Shown here piece by piece: positions 1-10,007 of a stretch of 64,000 nucleotides of DNA (position 1 is its first letter; every line of letters begins with the position of its first letter). The stretch spans positions 1-64,000 of the forward strand of contig JBGAIN010000013.1 of assembly GCA_044225505.1 (NCBI GenBank), read 5' to 3'. Origin of the DNA: Limisphaerales bacterium (GTDB lineage Bacteria; Verrucomicrobiota; Verrucomicrobiia; Limisphaerales; SIBE01). The notes beneath the pieces are model-generated. The model made no database searches, had not been told where the DNA came from, and worked only from the letters and a program-made list of their open reading frames with translations. Both the position numbers and the translations under genes were made by a program.

Positions 1-5
1 GATTT

Positions 6-941
6 GTGGGGCGTTTGCTTCGGCTTTACCAGCAACTTGGCCTTCAGACCTTGGTCCGGCACAGTGGTGTTCTTAAACTGTTCCCAAAACGCCTGGCCGA
101 GTTGGAAGCGATGACCCCGGTGATTCAGCCGAAATTCTCCTCGGAATTAATCCCAGCTGTCACGCCAGCGGTCGGGACACGCCGATTTCGAGTGGCCATG
201 CTGGTTGGTTGTGCGCAGGACCTTATCTTTAGTGACATCAATCGAGACACCGTGGAAGTCCTCGCCCAGAACGGATGCGAGGTCGTCACTCCCCGACGAC
301 AGGAATGCTGCGGATCACTCCACGCTCACAACGGCGAGCTGGAACTCGCACGCCGCCTTGCGCGACAAGCGATCGATCAGATACCGCCCGCCGAATTTGA
401 TGCGATCATCAGCAACGCGGGCGGATGTGGCTCGCACTTGAAGCACTACGCGAGTTTGCTGGCAGAAGACGGGCAGTACCTGGAGCGGGCAAAACTATGG
501 GATGCCAAAGTGAAAGACATCCACGAGTGGCTCATCCAGATCGGGTTGCGGGCACCGTCGTCCAACGGGGCTCCCTTGCAGACTGTGACTTATCACGAGT
601 CGTGCCATCTTTGCCACGGCCAGAAAGTGACAAGCCAGCCGCGTCAACTCCTGCGCTCGATCCCTAATCTGAAGCTTGTGGAATTGCCGGAGAGTTCCTG
701 GTGCTGCGGCAGTGCGGGAATTTACAATATCATTCAGCCGGAAATGGCTAATGAGCTCCTGGACCGCAAGCTCCGACACGTGAAATCAACCGGCGCGGAG
801 GTTGTGGCCACCGGAAATCCGGGCTGTTTGCTCCAGGTCGTCAATGGGGCGCGGGACCGCCAGATGAATTTGCGTGTGGTGCATCCAGTCACTTTGCTCG
901 CCGAGGCCTACCGCCGAGCGCCCGGAACGACGCGGGCGTAA
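6..941 (+). CDS. glcF: Glycolate oxidase iron-sulfur subunit / (Fe-S)-binding CCG-domain protein; 5' end lies outside the window
   Basis: Two CCG domains (QECCGSLHAHNG, WCCGSAGIYN), GGCGS, YHESCHLCHGQ and TGNPGCLLQ motifs; frame is open to the window edge. Confidence 0.8.
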   Translation: MGRLLRLYQQLGLQTLVRHSGVLKLFPKRLAELEAMTPVIQPKFSSELIPAVTPAVGTRRFRVAMLVGCAQDLIFSDINRDTVEVLAQNGCEVVTPRRQECCGSLHAHNGELELARRLARQAIDQIPPAEFDAIISNAGGCGSHLKHYASLLAEDGQYLERAKLWDAKVKDIHEWLIQIGLRAPSSNGAPLQTVTYHESCHLCHGQKVTSQPRQLLRSIPNLKLVELPESSWCCGSAGIYNIIQPEMANELLDRKLRHVKSTGAEVVATGNPGCLLQVVNGARDRQMNLRVVHPVTLLAEAYRRAPGTTRA

Positions 942-1015
942 CCTGCGGGGGCGGGGGACGTTCGCAGCCTGCGAATCCCTTTGCAGACTCATCGACGATA
1001 CGTGACATTTCCCGC

Positions 1016-2548
1016 ATGTCGGTCACGGAACACATCCGAAACAAGGTTAGCCAGGTCCCTCATCGGCCTGGGGTTTACCTGATGAAAGACCGGTTTGGGA
1101 CGGTGATTTACGTCGGCAAAGCCCGAGACCTGCGGCGTCGAGTCTCCCAGTATTTCCATCCTTCCCGGCGCCTGGGGTGGGACCTGAAGTTCAATGCCCT
1201 GGTCGAAGCCATCCACGATTTCGATGTCCACGTCGTGCGGAGCGAACCGGAAGCGCTGCTGCTCGAAGGCAAACTAATTAAGGAATTCCATCCGCGCTAC
1301 AACGTCAGTTTTCGGGATGATAAAAGGTTCCTCTTGCTCAAGGTGAATCTGAATGATCCGATTCCACGCTTTACCCTCACGCGCCTCAAACAGGATGACG
1401 GAGCCCGCTATTTTGGTCCGTTCGCGAATTCGGGAGCGCTACGACGGACGCTGCTGCTAGTGCGGCAGAAGTTCAACTTGCGCGGATGCCGGCCGCTGAC
1501 TCCCACGGAACTGGATTACAAGCATTGTTTGTACGCCCACCTGAAAGTGTGCACGGCCCCTTGCATCTCCAACGTCAGCCGCGAGCAGTATCTTTTGCAG
1601 GTGAAAGCTGGTTGTGAATTCCTGGAAGGACAGTGCGAAGAGATGCAGGAGAGCATCGAAGCCGAAATGAAGAAAGCGGCTGCCGAACTCAACTTTGAAA
1701 AAGCGGCGCAGCTGCGCGATCTGCTCGGGGACCTGAAACGAACGACGCAAAAGACGGAAAAGTTTGAACGATTGCCATATAAACTGCCGCTGGCAATCGA
1801 TCCAGACCGCGATCTGGTGGAATTGGCCAAGGCGTTGCAGGTCGATAAGCCGCTCGTACGCATCGAAGGATTTGATATCTCGAACATCAGCGGCACGTTT
1901 GCCGTCGCCTCCATGGTTAGCTTTAAGAACGGACGGCCCGATCGTGCGAACTACCGCCGGTTCAGAATGAAAACGGTCGTTGGCCAGGACGATTTTGCGT
2001 GCATGGCTGAAACCATTCGGCGGCGCTATACGCGCGTGCTTAAGGAAACAATCGAAGGAACGGTGGCGCTCCCGGACCTCATTTTGATCGATGGTGGTAA
2101 AGGCCAATTAAATGCGGCTTGCACTGAATTGAACGGGTTGGGAATCACTCAAGTGACCGTCATTGGATTGGCCAAGGAGTTCGAAGAAATCTATCGGCCT
2201 GGCGAGAGCGAACCGCTGCGTCTGAGCCACGCGTCCGGTGCGCTAAAACTCTTACAAAGAGTTCGGGATGAGTCGCATCGGTTTGCCAACACCTACAATG
2301 CCCAGCTCCGCCTGAAGCGCATTTCAGAGAGCTTGCTCGATGAGTTTCCCGGCATTGGCAGCCAGCGCAAAGCCGCATTGCTCAAGAAATTCGGGTCAGT
2401 TCATCGACTCAAGATCGCGACGGTGGAGCAGATTGCGGAAGTGTCAGGTTTTGGTGGAAAAGCTGCCGGCGAACTGAAGGCCTTTCTGATCGCCCGCACG
2501 GTTCAAACCGATACCTCCGACTCCGAACCCACTGCTCCTGCGACATGA
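1016..2548 (+). CDS. uvrC: Excinuclease ABC subunit C
   Basis: GIY-YIG N-terminus (PGVYLMKD...IYVGKA), UVR motif (FEKAAQLRD), RNase H-like domain (FDISN, DGGKGQ), QRVRDESHRFA, C-terminal HhH. Confidence 0.95.
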   Translation: MSVTEHIRNKVSQVPHRPGVYLMKDRFGTVIYVGKARDLRRRVSQYFHPSRRLGWDLKFNALVEAIHDFDVHVVRSEPEALLLEGKLIKEFHPRYNVSFRDDKRFLLLKVNLNDPIPRFTLTRLKQDDGARYFGPFANSGALRRTLLLVRQKFNLRGCRPLTPTELDYKHCLYAHLKVCTAPCISNVSREQYLLQVKAGCEFLEGQCEEMQESIEAEMKKAAAELNFEKAAQLRDLLGDLKRTTQKTEKFERLPYKLPLAIDPDRDLVELAKALQVDKPLVRIEGFDISNISGTFAVASMVSFKNGRPDRANYRRFRMKTVVGQDDFACMAETIRRRYTRVLKETIEGTVALPDLILIDGGKGQLNAACTELNGLGITQVTVIGLAKEFEEIYRPGESEPLRLSHASGALKLLQRVRDESHRFANTYNAQLRLKRISESLLDEFPGIGSQRKAALLKKFGSVHRLKIATVEQIAEVSGFGGKAAGELKAFLIARTVQTDTSDSEPTAPAT

Positions 2549-2578
2549 CGAAAGCCACAAAAAGTGGTAGAGTGGTCA

Positions 2579-3070
2579 ATGGACGGAAAGGGGCGGGCTA
2601 TTCTAGTCATGGAGGACGACGACAATGACGCGATCCTTTTACGACGCGCTCTTAAGCGGCTTAATGTTGTAAACCCGGTCCATATTGTCGCCGATGGCGA
2701 GGAGGGGATTTCTTATTTGATGGGCATCGGCAAATATGCCGATCGGGCCAGTTATCCATTTCCTGCCTTTATTGTAACGGATCTCAAGATGCCGCGGAAG
2801 AGCGGCATGGAAGTACTGAAGTGGCTGAGCGAACGCGGCGAAATGCGCCTGATCCCAACGCTCGTCCTGACGTCGTCCAAGGAAGACAGTGACATCGCTA
2901 AAGCTTACGGGTTTGGAGCGAATTCGTATATGGTCAAGCCGGCTGATTTCCGGGATTTGGAAAAGATGATGAGATTGATTCACGACTACTGGAATCTTTG
3001 TGAAACGCCCGGTGTCGCGAAACTCGAACTCCGGCCCAGTTCGTCGACCTTACCGCTGACCTCTGGATGA
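2579..3070 (+). CDS. Single-domain response regulator (Rcp1/CheY-like receiver)
   Basis: EDD acidic pocket, DLKMP phospho-Asp, LTSS, GANSYMVKP; ATG at 2579 preferred over GTG at 2564. Confidence 0.9.
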   Translation: MDGKGRAILVMEDDDNDAILLRRALKRLNVVNPVHIVADGEEGISYLMGIGKYADRASYPFPAFIVTDLKMPRKSGMEVLKWLSERGEMRLIPTLVLTSSKEDSDIAKAYGFGANSYMVKPADFRDLEKMMRLIHDYWNLCETPGVAKLELRPSSSTLPLTSG

Positions 3071-3098
3071 GCTGGTCGCTCGCTTGCGTTCAAGAGTC

Positions 3099-3137
3099 AA
3101 AAACGAAAAACCCCGAAGCGTCGGCCGCTCCGGGGTT
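3099..3137 (-). terminator. Rho-independent terminator
   Basis: Minus strand AACCCCGGAGCG-gccga-CGCTTCGGGGTT followed by a T-tract, just downstream of 3169..4059 and between convergent genes. Confidence 0.8.
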
Positions 3138-3168
3138 GAACGTTTAAACTTTCTTCCGATTAAGACAA

Positions 3169-4059
3169 TTACCAGGTCTTTTCAGAGACGCGGCCAGCGC
3201 GGTAAGCCATCCACTGGATGTCAATGTCCCCTGTCTTGGCTGGAGCATCGATCGAGTTGTTCAGCTTAACCTTTTGTGCGCGAGCGGTGGCCAAGGATCC
3301 CTTCCACTTGTGAATTTCAGAGTGACCATCCGCAAACGCAAAACCGGCGGCGGCGTTGTGGTAATTGGCCGGTTGGTCAATCCAGCTGGCTTGATTCGGA
3401 TTGAAGAACCCGGCGTCGTTGATGCTATCCGGATGCTCATCGAGGTAAACCCAGGTTTCGCCTGGTCCTGGATTCACAAAGTCACCAGTTTTCTTGATGT
3501 GTTTATAGATCGACTGCCAAGGGCCAGATTCCGCATTGCCATCGCCGACGCCAATGTTACCCGACAGACTTCGAACGCGGGCCGCCCATCCTTTAGCCGC
3601 CTGCGCTTTGCTCACATAATGGTCTGCTGGGCATCGAAAAATATTCTTGGCGTTACCAAAATACTTCGCGAGCTTCGAGTACTTTTCATCGGTAAGGAAG
3701 AGGATGTTGGTATTGTCACCGGACGTTCCCCAGTCGAGCCAACCTACCACCCAAGGGGCGGCATTGGGGTTGGATCGTGCGATCGCTCCGCCTTGCGCAT
3801 CACCGCCGTGATAGCTGCCGACGATCCGGTCTTCGTTGTCTGTATTGTACATGTGCCACGCGAGCATGAGTTGCTTCGTGTTGTTCATGCACAAAATGCC
3901 TTGAGCCTTGGTCTTAGCTTTTGCCAACGCTGGAAGGAGCATCCCTGCCAAAATAGCAATGATCGCAATAACCACGAGCAGCTCGATCAGGGTAAAACCT
4001 GACGAGCGCAACGATGGCAATCGATGCGGGGAATAAGCTCGAACGTTCGATAGTTTCAT
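3169..4059 (-). CDS. Prepilin-type N-terminal cleavage/methylation protein with H-X9-DG motif (DUF1559-like, PVC type)
   Basis: [41 protein letters not shown]-terminal [14 protein letters not shown]. Confidence 0.9.
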   Translation of the reverse strand: MKLSNVRAYSPHRLPSLRSSGFTLIELLVVIAIIAILAGMLLPALAKAKTKAQGILCMNNTKQLMLAWHMYNTDNEDRIVGSYHGGDAQGGAIARSNPNAAPWVVGWLDWGTSGDNTNILFLTDEKYSKLAKYFGNAKNIFRCPADHYVSKAQAAKGWAARVRSLSGNIGVGDGNAESGPWQSIYKHIKKTGDFVNPGPGETWVYLDEHPDSINDAGFFNPNQASWIDQPANYHNAAAGFAFADGHSEIHKWKGSLATARAQKVKLNNSIDAPAKTGDIDIQWMAYRAGRVSEKTW

Positions 4060-4217
4060 AGTCTAATCTACGCTTGGTTTGGGTGACAGTTTTAGACCTT
4101 AATCAGCGAAGAAAATGCCGTCAAGATCTTCTACTGGCACACTGTGTCTATAGGGATCAGTAAGCAAAAACTGCCAGAGTCCAAGCAGGCTGGGAAGTGT
4201 GCGTCTTAATGCACAGC

Positions 4218-4772
4218 TCAAAGACTTAGCGGACCTGAAACGTTTATCCCCTTTTGCAGACAGTACGCAGCGTTACGGGCATATTTTTCGGCCCACGGCT
4301 TGATGCTCGCCCGCTCTTCCGGACTAAGCGCACGCACGACTTTCGCCGGTGAGCCCAAAACCATGGAGCCCGGAGGAATTTGTTTCCCCTGCGTCACCAG
4401 AGCATTGGCTCCAATGATGCACTGTTCACCGATGACCGCGCCGTCGAGCACGGTCGCACCCATCCCAATCAAGCATTCATTGCCCACTGTGCACGCGTGG
4501 ACGATCGCGGAGTGACCCACCGTCACGTAAGCTCCTACCAGACAAGGGAAATCGTCCGCGAGGTGAAGCACTGCGTTATCCTGGATGTTACTGAAATCGC
4601 CGACGGCGATCTGGTTGATGTCGCCGCGAAGAACGGCGTTGTACCAAACGCTTGCTCCATCTCCTAAACTGACATCTCCCAAGACCACCGCACCACGGGC
4701 AATATAAACGCCCCGGCCAAGCCGGGGCGCCTTACCTAAGAACGTATCGAGTTGCTGAATTAAATCGCCCAT
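4218..4772 (-). CDS. Gamma carbonic anhydrase family protein
   Basis: Hexapeptide repeats, SVWYNAVLRGD, NIQDNAVLH, TVGHSAIVHAC metal ligands; start placed at MGDLIQQ. Confidence 0.9.
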   Translation of the reverse strand: MGDLIQQLDTFLGKAPRLGRGVYIARGAVVLGDVSLGDGASVWYNAVLRGDINQIAVGDFSNIQDNAVLHLADDFPCLVGAYVTVGHSAIVHACTVGNECLIGMGATVLDGAVIGEQCIIGANALVTQGKQIPPGSMVLGSPAKVVRALSPEERASIKPWAEKYARNAAYCLQKGINVSGPLSL

Positions 4773-4780
4773 GAACAACC

Positions 4781-5203
4781 TTACCAACGACCCCGGTGAT
4801 GACGATATCCGCCGCCAAACCCAAACCGAAAGCTCACGACCGGAGCTGGAGCACAATAATAAACCGGAGCCGGACGAACATAATAGACAGGCGGAGGAGA
4901 ATAAACAACTACAGGTGCGGGGGCTGGTTGCACATAAACGGGGGCCGAAGCGACCACTGGTGCGGGCGCGACGACGGGTGCATAAGTCACTTGCGGTGCC
5001 ACATAGACGGGGGCCGGAGCATAGACAACGGGCGGGGCTTGGTAGACAGGAACCGGTTCCACGGCCCGCGCCACAGCACCCCCGATGACTAGACCAGTGA
5101 GGATCTTTCCAGCGGTTGCCCATTCGCGGTCACCTGCAGAAACACTTTGTGTTCCGATATTTAGGAATGCTGCTGAGGTTAACACGGCTATCAGAGTTTT
5201 CAT
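4781..5203 (-). CDS. Secreted Pro/Val/Tyr-rich small protein
   Basis: Signal peptide (MKTLIAVL...VSA), Gly-rich hydrophobic segment, repeated VY(A/V)xxP units, basic C-terminus. Confidence 0.75.
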   Translation of the reverse strand: MKTLIAVLTSAAFLNIGTQSVSAGDREWATAGKILTGLVIGGAVARAVEPVPVYQAPPVVYAPAPVYVAPQVTYAPVVAPAPVVASAPVYVQPAPAPVVVYSPPPVYYVRPAPVYYCAPAPVVSFRFGFGGGYRHHRGRW

Positions 5204-5287
5204 AACATGCCTGTTCTAAATCGTCGTACGATTCGACTATCAAGGTTGTTTTTTATTCAAGCGGGATGTATTGGTGACAACAGACAG

Positions 5288-6217
5288 ATGAGTCAGCCTG
5301 AGCCCAATCACCCATTGCGTCGGCGCCGCCGTCTCCCCCGTTCGTTCAAGGACCTGACCCCAAGTAACCACTTCAATCCCAGGACTTTCTTTAGGGAAAT
5401 GATTTGGAAAGCCCTGTTGACGAAGCGCACGGGAGAGCACCGCGTTCCCGAGTTTCCAAAGTTGACCGACGGACAGCTGGCGCTCACTTGGATTGGGCAT
5501 GCGTCTTTCCTAGCTCAATTCAGCAACCTCAACGTCCTCATCGATCCCAACTTCGCAAACTGGATATTCCTCTTGAAGCGTCTCAGACGCACAGGGATGC
5601 GAATGGAAAGTCTTCCTCCGGTCGATTTAGTCTTACTGACCCACGCCCATTTTGACCACTTTCACCGGCCGACCTTGAAACGACTGCCCGCATCGAAGGT
5701 TGGCGTTATGCCCTGGGGAGTAGGGGACCTCGCGCGAAATCTAGGGTTCGCACGGATCATTGAGTTGAAGTGGTGGGAGAGCTTTTCAAACGGAGAGTGG
5801 AAAGTGACGTTGGTGCCCACCAAGCACTGGGGAGCGCGGATGATTCACGACGAGCATCGTGGCTTTGGCGGTTTTATCCTGGAGCACCAGGGGCGATCCA
5901 TTTTCCACGCTGGCGATAGCGCTTATTTTGAAGGATTTAAGGAGATCGGGAAGCGATTTGCGCCGGAGATCGCCCTGTTGCCGATCGGGGCTTATTTCCC
6001 AGACTCATTCCGTCACGTGCATATGGGGCCGGATGAAGCTGTTAAAACCTATCATGACTTAAAGTCGAAGTGGTTGGTACCGATGCATTACGGTAGTTTT
6101 AAGCTCTCCTTTGAGGACCTAGATGAGCCTCCTCGGTGGCTAAAGGAGCTTTGCCATTCGAATGGGCTAACGAGGCATCTGAAGGTCCTCGAGGAAGGCG
6201 TTCCCGAGGTGTTCTAG
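5288..6217 (+). CDS. MBL-fold metallo-hydrolase (NAPE-PLD/UlaG-like)
   Basis: TWIGHAS, THAHFDH metal motif, HAGDS, LPIGAY, HMGP, PMHYG; start uncertain (5207 or 5288). Confidence 0.88.
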   Translation: MSQPEPNHPLRRRRRLPRSFKDLTPSNHFNPRTFFREMIWKALLTKRTGEHRVPEFPKLTDGQLALTWIGHASFLAQFSNLNVLIDPNFANWIFLLKRLRRTGMRMESLPPVDLVLLTHAHFDHFHRPTLKRLPASKVGVMPWGVGDLARNLGFARIIELKWWESFSNGEWKVTLVPTKHWGARMIHDEHRGFGGFILEHQGRSIFHAGDSAYFEGFKEIGKRFAPEIALLPIGAYFPDSFRHVHMGPDEAVKTYHDLKSKWLVPMHYGSFKLSFEDLDEPPRWLKELCHSNGLTRHLKVLEEGVPEVF

Positions 6218-6225
6218 CAAAAGAT

Positions 6226-7437
6226 TCAAACCGTGCTGCGTTCAACAAGCGCTGCTTTGTAAAGGGATAGAAACCCTGCGGTGTCGATCGGGCGCGGATT
6301 GAAGCGCGCCGTCCATTGATGAGCGGCTTCTTGCGCCAGAGTGTCGAAGCTGGATTGCGGGACCTTCAGATCGGTTAAGGAACGGGCGATGCCAGCCGTA
6401 TTCAAAAGTTGGTCGAGCCGCACAATCAGGGCTTCGACCGCCTCCTCGACACCGTCGCTAACCCACGCGATCTCAGGAGCGGACGCAAGTTCGGCATACC
6501 CACGCTGCGCACCTGGGTCGCGGGCGTTATAGCGAATTACCGCGGGCAGCATGATCCCAACGGCCTCTCCGTGAACAATTCCAAAGTGTGCCGTGAGAGG
6601 ATTCGCAGCCGCGTGAGCGGCTCCTAGCATACTGTGTTCGATCGCTAACCCGGCCAATGCGGCTCCGAGGAGCATTCTACCCCGTGCCTCTAGGTCCGTG
6701 GGAACAGCCAAGACGCGCGGAAGGCTTGGCACGGTGAGCTTGAAGGCTTCATGGGAAAACATGACCGAAAGCGGGTTCCGCTTTTTGGTCACGGCCGTCT
6801 CCACGGCGTGGGCGATAGCGTCGACGCCTGTGTAGGCTGTTACTGGCGTCGGTTGTGAAACGGTCAGGCTTGGATCAAGAATCGCGACCCTAGCGGCGGC
6901 TTTGGCGTCAAGGCACGCCATCTTTTGATGGGTCTCCTCCTGCGCGATAAGCGCGGCGCACTGACATTCGCTACCTGTGCCTGCCGTAGTGGGGATAGCG
7001 ATGAAAGGAACCATCGGACGCGTTGCCTTGCCGACGCCCCAGTAATCCTCCATCCGACCGCCGTTGGTTAGAAGAAAATTGCAGCCCTTCGCGGTATCCA
7101 TGGAACTACCACCGCCCAGTCCGACGAGCAGATCGACCCCCATGGACTTTGCCAGTTCGAGGCAATTGTCGACATCGCGGGTGGTTGGATTTTCTCGCAC
7201 GCGGTCGAACACGCCAGTTTTCAGACCTGACTTACGTAAGAGCGATTCCACGCGCGCGGCGTGTCCTGCTTTGACGATACCTGGGTCGGTCACGAGAAGG
7301 ACCGTAGCGCCGCCGACTTCCCGCGCCAATTCGCCCACCTGTTCCACGGCGTCGACACCGAAGACCAGACGCGTGCGAGGTTGATAATCGAATGAGCCGG
7401 GCCTTTGGACGGGAAGGGCGCTCGGTGGAGAACTCAT
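6226..7437 (-). CDS. Iron-containing alcohol dehydrogenase
   Basis: GGGSSMDTAK, IPTTAGTGSE, DAIAHAVE, GAAHAAA, HGEAV motifs. Confidence 0.92.
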   Translation of the reverse strand: MSSPPSALPVQRPGSFDYQPRTRLVFGVDAVEQVGELAREVGGATVLLVTDPGIVKAGHAARVESLLRKSGLKTGVFDRVRENPTTRDVDNCLELAKSMGVDLLVGLGGGSSMDTAKGCNFLLTNGGRMEDYWGVGKATRPMVPFIAIPTTAGTGSECQCAALIAQEETHQKMACLDAKAAARVAILDPSLTVSQPTPVTAYTGVDAIAHAVETAVTKKRNPLSVMFSHEAFKLTVPSLPRVLAVPTDLEARGRMLLGAALAGLAIEHSMLGAAHAAANPLTAHFGIVHGEAVGIMLPAVIRYNARDPGAQRGYAELASAPEIAWVSDGVEEAVEALIVRLDQLLNTAGIARSLTDLKVPQSSFDTLAQEAAHQWTARFNPRPIDTAGFLSLYKAALVERSTV

Positions 7438-7522
7438 GACAATCCAATCAGACGATGATCGGCGTCGAGTCGTTCAATCGGACCGTCGCCAAACCGTCCT
7501 GGCCGAGTAGCATTGGAGTGGA

Positions 7523-8968
7523 TCATGCAGACCGTGCAGCACGTTCCAACGCACGGCGTTTATAGAGAAACTCAAACATGTTTCCCTCGTGCGGTTGGTC
7601 CCAGGAAACATTCATGGTAGAGAGAGGGCCCAGGTTCAGCCGGTCTATCAATGGCGACTCGAGGAGTTCATTGATCCAATTGGGATCGTCCGTAATCGCC
7701 GTGACAGCAAGAGAAGGTCCGATCTGCTGAAGCATGTTCGCTTGAGCGACTTCCACGACACTCGCGTAAGGGAAGAGGAACTCGCGATTCGCCAGCGTGT
7801 GATTCATGGAATCGCATTGCACAATGGTCGGGCGCAAGAAGACTCCACCTTCGAAAACCACCTTGCGCGGTCCTTGCCGGTGGGCCGCGGTTACGTCTCT
7901 CGCTCCTGGAGTCGTTAGTCCCTCATCAATGGCGGAATCAATAAAATCCGCCATCTTCACGTTAGCGAACGCGGACAGGGTTGCTTTGGCGTCGGTGGGG
8001 GCGAGCGGTTGAATCGGGCCTAGCCGCTTCGCGAGCGCCTCCGCAATCTCGGCGGCATACTTTGGGGTCAAGACAGCCGAGGCGTTAATGCAGCTTCGTC
8101 CGCCATTATCTGAAATGGCAGCCACCAGCACATCGAGAAAATCTGGCCATCGCTCGACCTGGTCCGCACCGATTAGAATCTTACTGTAGCCCGGACCGTG
8201 AATCTGGATGGCCGGATTATTGGCGTACTGGGCCGTGGTCGACTTGTCGCCAAAGATCAAGGCGCGTCCGCACGACTTGAGAATCTCCCCGGCACCTTCG
8301 TGATCTGTAGGATAAAAACCGAATGCCTCCGCTGGGCAGCCTGCGGCCACGAACGCTTGGATCAGCCGGTAGGGTGTCCACGGTTCTTCGCGACCGGGTT
8401 TGAGAATCACAGGGATTTTCAACGGTATGGCCGGCAGCCACAGTGAATTGACCGCTGGCGAATTGCTCGGCATCACCAAACCTAACGCATGGGTCGTCGG
8501 ATAGAAACTCAGACGCGAACCGGACTGCTCCCCAAAACCCGTATCGAGAACTTTCAAATCCAATCCTCGAGTGAGCCCGTTCAGCACCGTCGACATGTTT
8601 GTGAGTGCTGACGCGATCTTTTTCATATTGCGTTGCACCAACACATGAGGCAGTCCGCTCGTTGCGGACAACGTTTCTGTATACTGTGTGGGCGACTGTG
8701 TTTCACCTTTATCGACCAAGGGAAGAGAACCGTTTAAAAAGTGCTCGGCGGCTCGCGTGCAGATTTGGATTAATTGGGACGTGGTGAAGCGTTTGAGAGC
8801 TGCGCGGGATTCAGCAATCCGCTGTAAATCCTTCCGAACAATGCCAGCGTTGACTTGGCTGATCGTCGCGAGCGGCATGCCCGTCCGGTGATCACTGACT
8901 TTGACCTGCTCCAAGCTCTCATAAGGTTTGCCTCGGCGCAGGGCAGGGATGTGAGGGAGTGGATTCAT
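7523..8968 (-). CDS. Atypical aldehyde dehydrogenase-family protein (GriD/EhpG/LuxC-like acyl reductase candidate)
   Basis: PSNSP, ILKPG, catalytic GGRSCINAS, REFLFP; HGPGYSK in place of the usual ELGGK. Confidence 0.8.
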   Translation of the reverse strand: MNPLPHIPALRRGKPYESLEQVKVSDHRTGMPLATISQVNAGIVRKDLQRIAESRAALKRFTTSQLIQICTRAAEHFLNGSLPLVDKGETQSPTQYTETLSATSGLPHVLVQRNMKKIASALTNMSTVLNGLTRGLDLKVLDTGFGEQSGSRLSFYPTTHALGLVMPSNSPAVNSLWLPAIPLKIPVILKPGREEPWTPYRLIQAFVAAGCPAEAFGFYPTDHEGAGEILKSCGRALIFGDKSTTAQYANNPAIQIHGPGYSKILIGADQVERWPDFLDVLVAAISDNGGRSCINASAVLTPKYAAEIAEALAKRLGPIQPLAPTDAKATLSAFANVKMADFIDSAIDEGLTTPGARDVTAAHRQGPRKVVFEGGVFLRPTIVQCDSMNHTLANREFLFPYASVVEVAQANMLQQIGPSLAVTAITDDPNWINELLESPLIDRLNLGPLSTMNVSWDQPHEGNMFEFLYKRRALERAARSA

Positions 8969-8977
8969 GAAACGGCT

Positions 8978-9953
8978 TCAGTAAACACCCTCAATGATCG
9001 TCTTTTCCATCGCCCCAAACGGACGCACGTCTCCGACGCCATCCCAAGAATAAGGGGCGCGTGGAGCGCGACGGAGAGCTTCATCCCGTTCCAAAAAACG
9101 CGGCATAAAGAACTCCTTCGTGAGCGTGGTCAGTTCGACTCGTCCCCAGTCGCCATAGGGGACCAATTGTTCGGTCTGCTTCGGATTTACAACACGCAAA
9201 ACAGCCCGCGGCTGCGGGGCGTAATAAGTGATCGAAAACTTATCGTCGGACTGCAGCGGGACACTGGCCGCCAAGCCCATCAGGGTATTGCCATAGGTTG
9301 GATAGAATCCGATCCGATTCTCCAAAACTTCCTCGACCAAGAACCGAACATATTGCGGGGCCATCGAAGTGCCCCCACAAAAGACCCCACGGATCCCTGC
9401 ATCCCACAAGTTGACCTTTTCGCCCAATGCTTCCAGTAACTTCGGAGTCGTAAACAGGCCGGTCACGCGCCGTGAAATAACAAGAGCTGCCACGGTAATT
9501 GGCCAGGTGCTCGATCGCCAAGCGAAGTCGTCGTGGTCCGGTCGGTCCAACCATTAGCCAGGCCCCGCCACGGGGAAAATGCGCGTCGGTAATTTTGCCG
9601 GAGAACTCCTCGTAATCGACTTTGTAATCGTTCCAGCCGATCCGTTGCTTCGGCATGCCCGTGGTGCCGCCAGTCTCGAAGATGTTGAATGGCTTCCCTC
9701 GGTAAGCCGCAGGCACCCAGACTTCCGGCTGCAAATCCCGCAGCCATTCGTCTTGGAAGTGGGGGAAGCGAAGCAAATCGGCAAACCCCTTGACTGTATT
9801 CTTCGGGTCCCACCCCGCGCGCTTCGCCCAATCCAGCCAGAATTGGCAACCGGTTTCAGGCGAGAAATGCCAATGGACGATCTCGCGCACGTGGGCATCC
9901 AGTTGAGCCTGGGATGCAGCCACTGAATCTGGAATCGCGGAAGAGGTAGACAT
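8978..9953 (-). pseudogene. GriC/EhpF-like adenylate-forming (PaaK/LuxE-like) protein, split by a frameshift or deletion near 9473
   Basis: 5' frame carries WHFSPETG and the P-loop ETGGTTGMPK up to ...SSCYF; 3' frame carries FTTPKLLEAL, CGGT, YGNT, GRVELTTL, FLERD; the frames switch at ~9473. Confidence 0.7.
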
Positions 9954-10007
9954 GGTATCAGGCGTCTTTGACGTTAGAGGTGGGCAGCAGTGTGGCTCGT
10001 CTCGCTC

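Noticed and set aside
4773..5123. N-terminal extension of the gamma carbonic anhydrase ORF
   Set aside because: It overlaps the Pro-rich gene in another frame; homology-like sequence starts at MGDLIQQ (4772)
6226..9953. Bacterial microcompartment locus (ALDH plus ADH)
   Set aside because: No shell-protein genes or encapsulation context in the window
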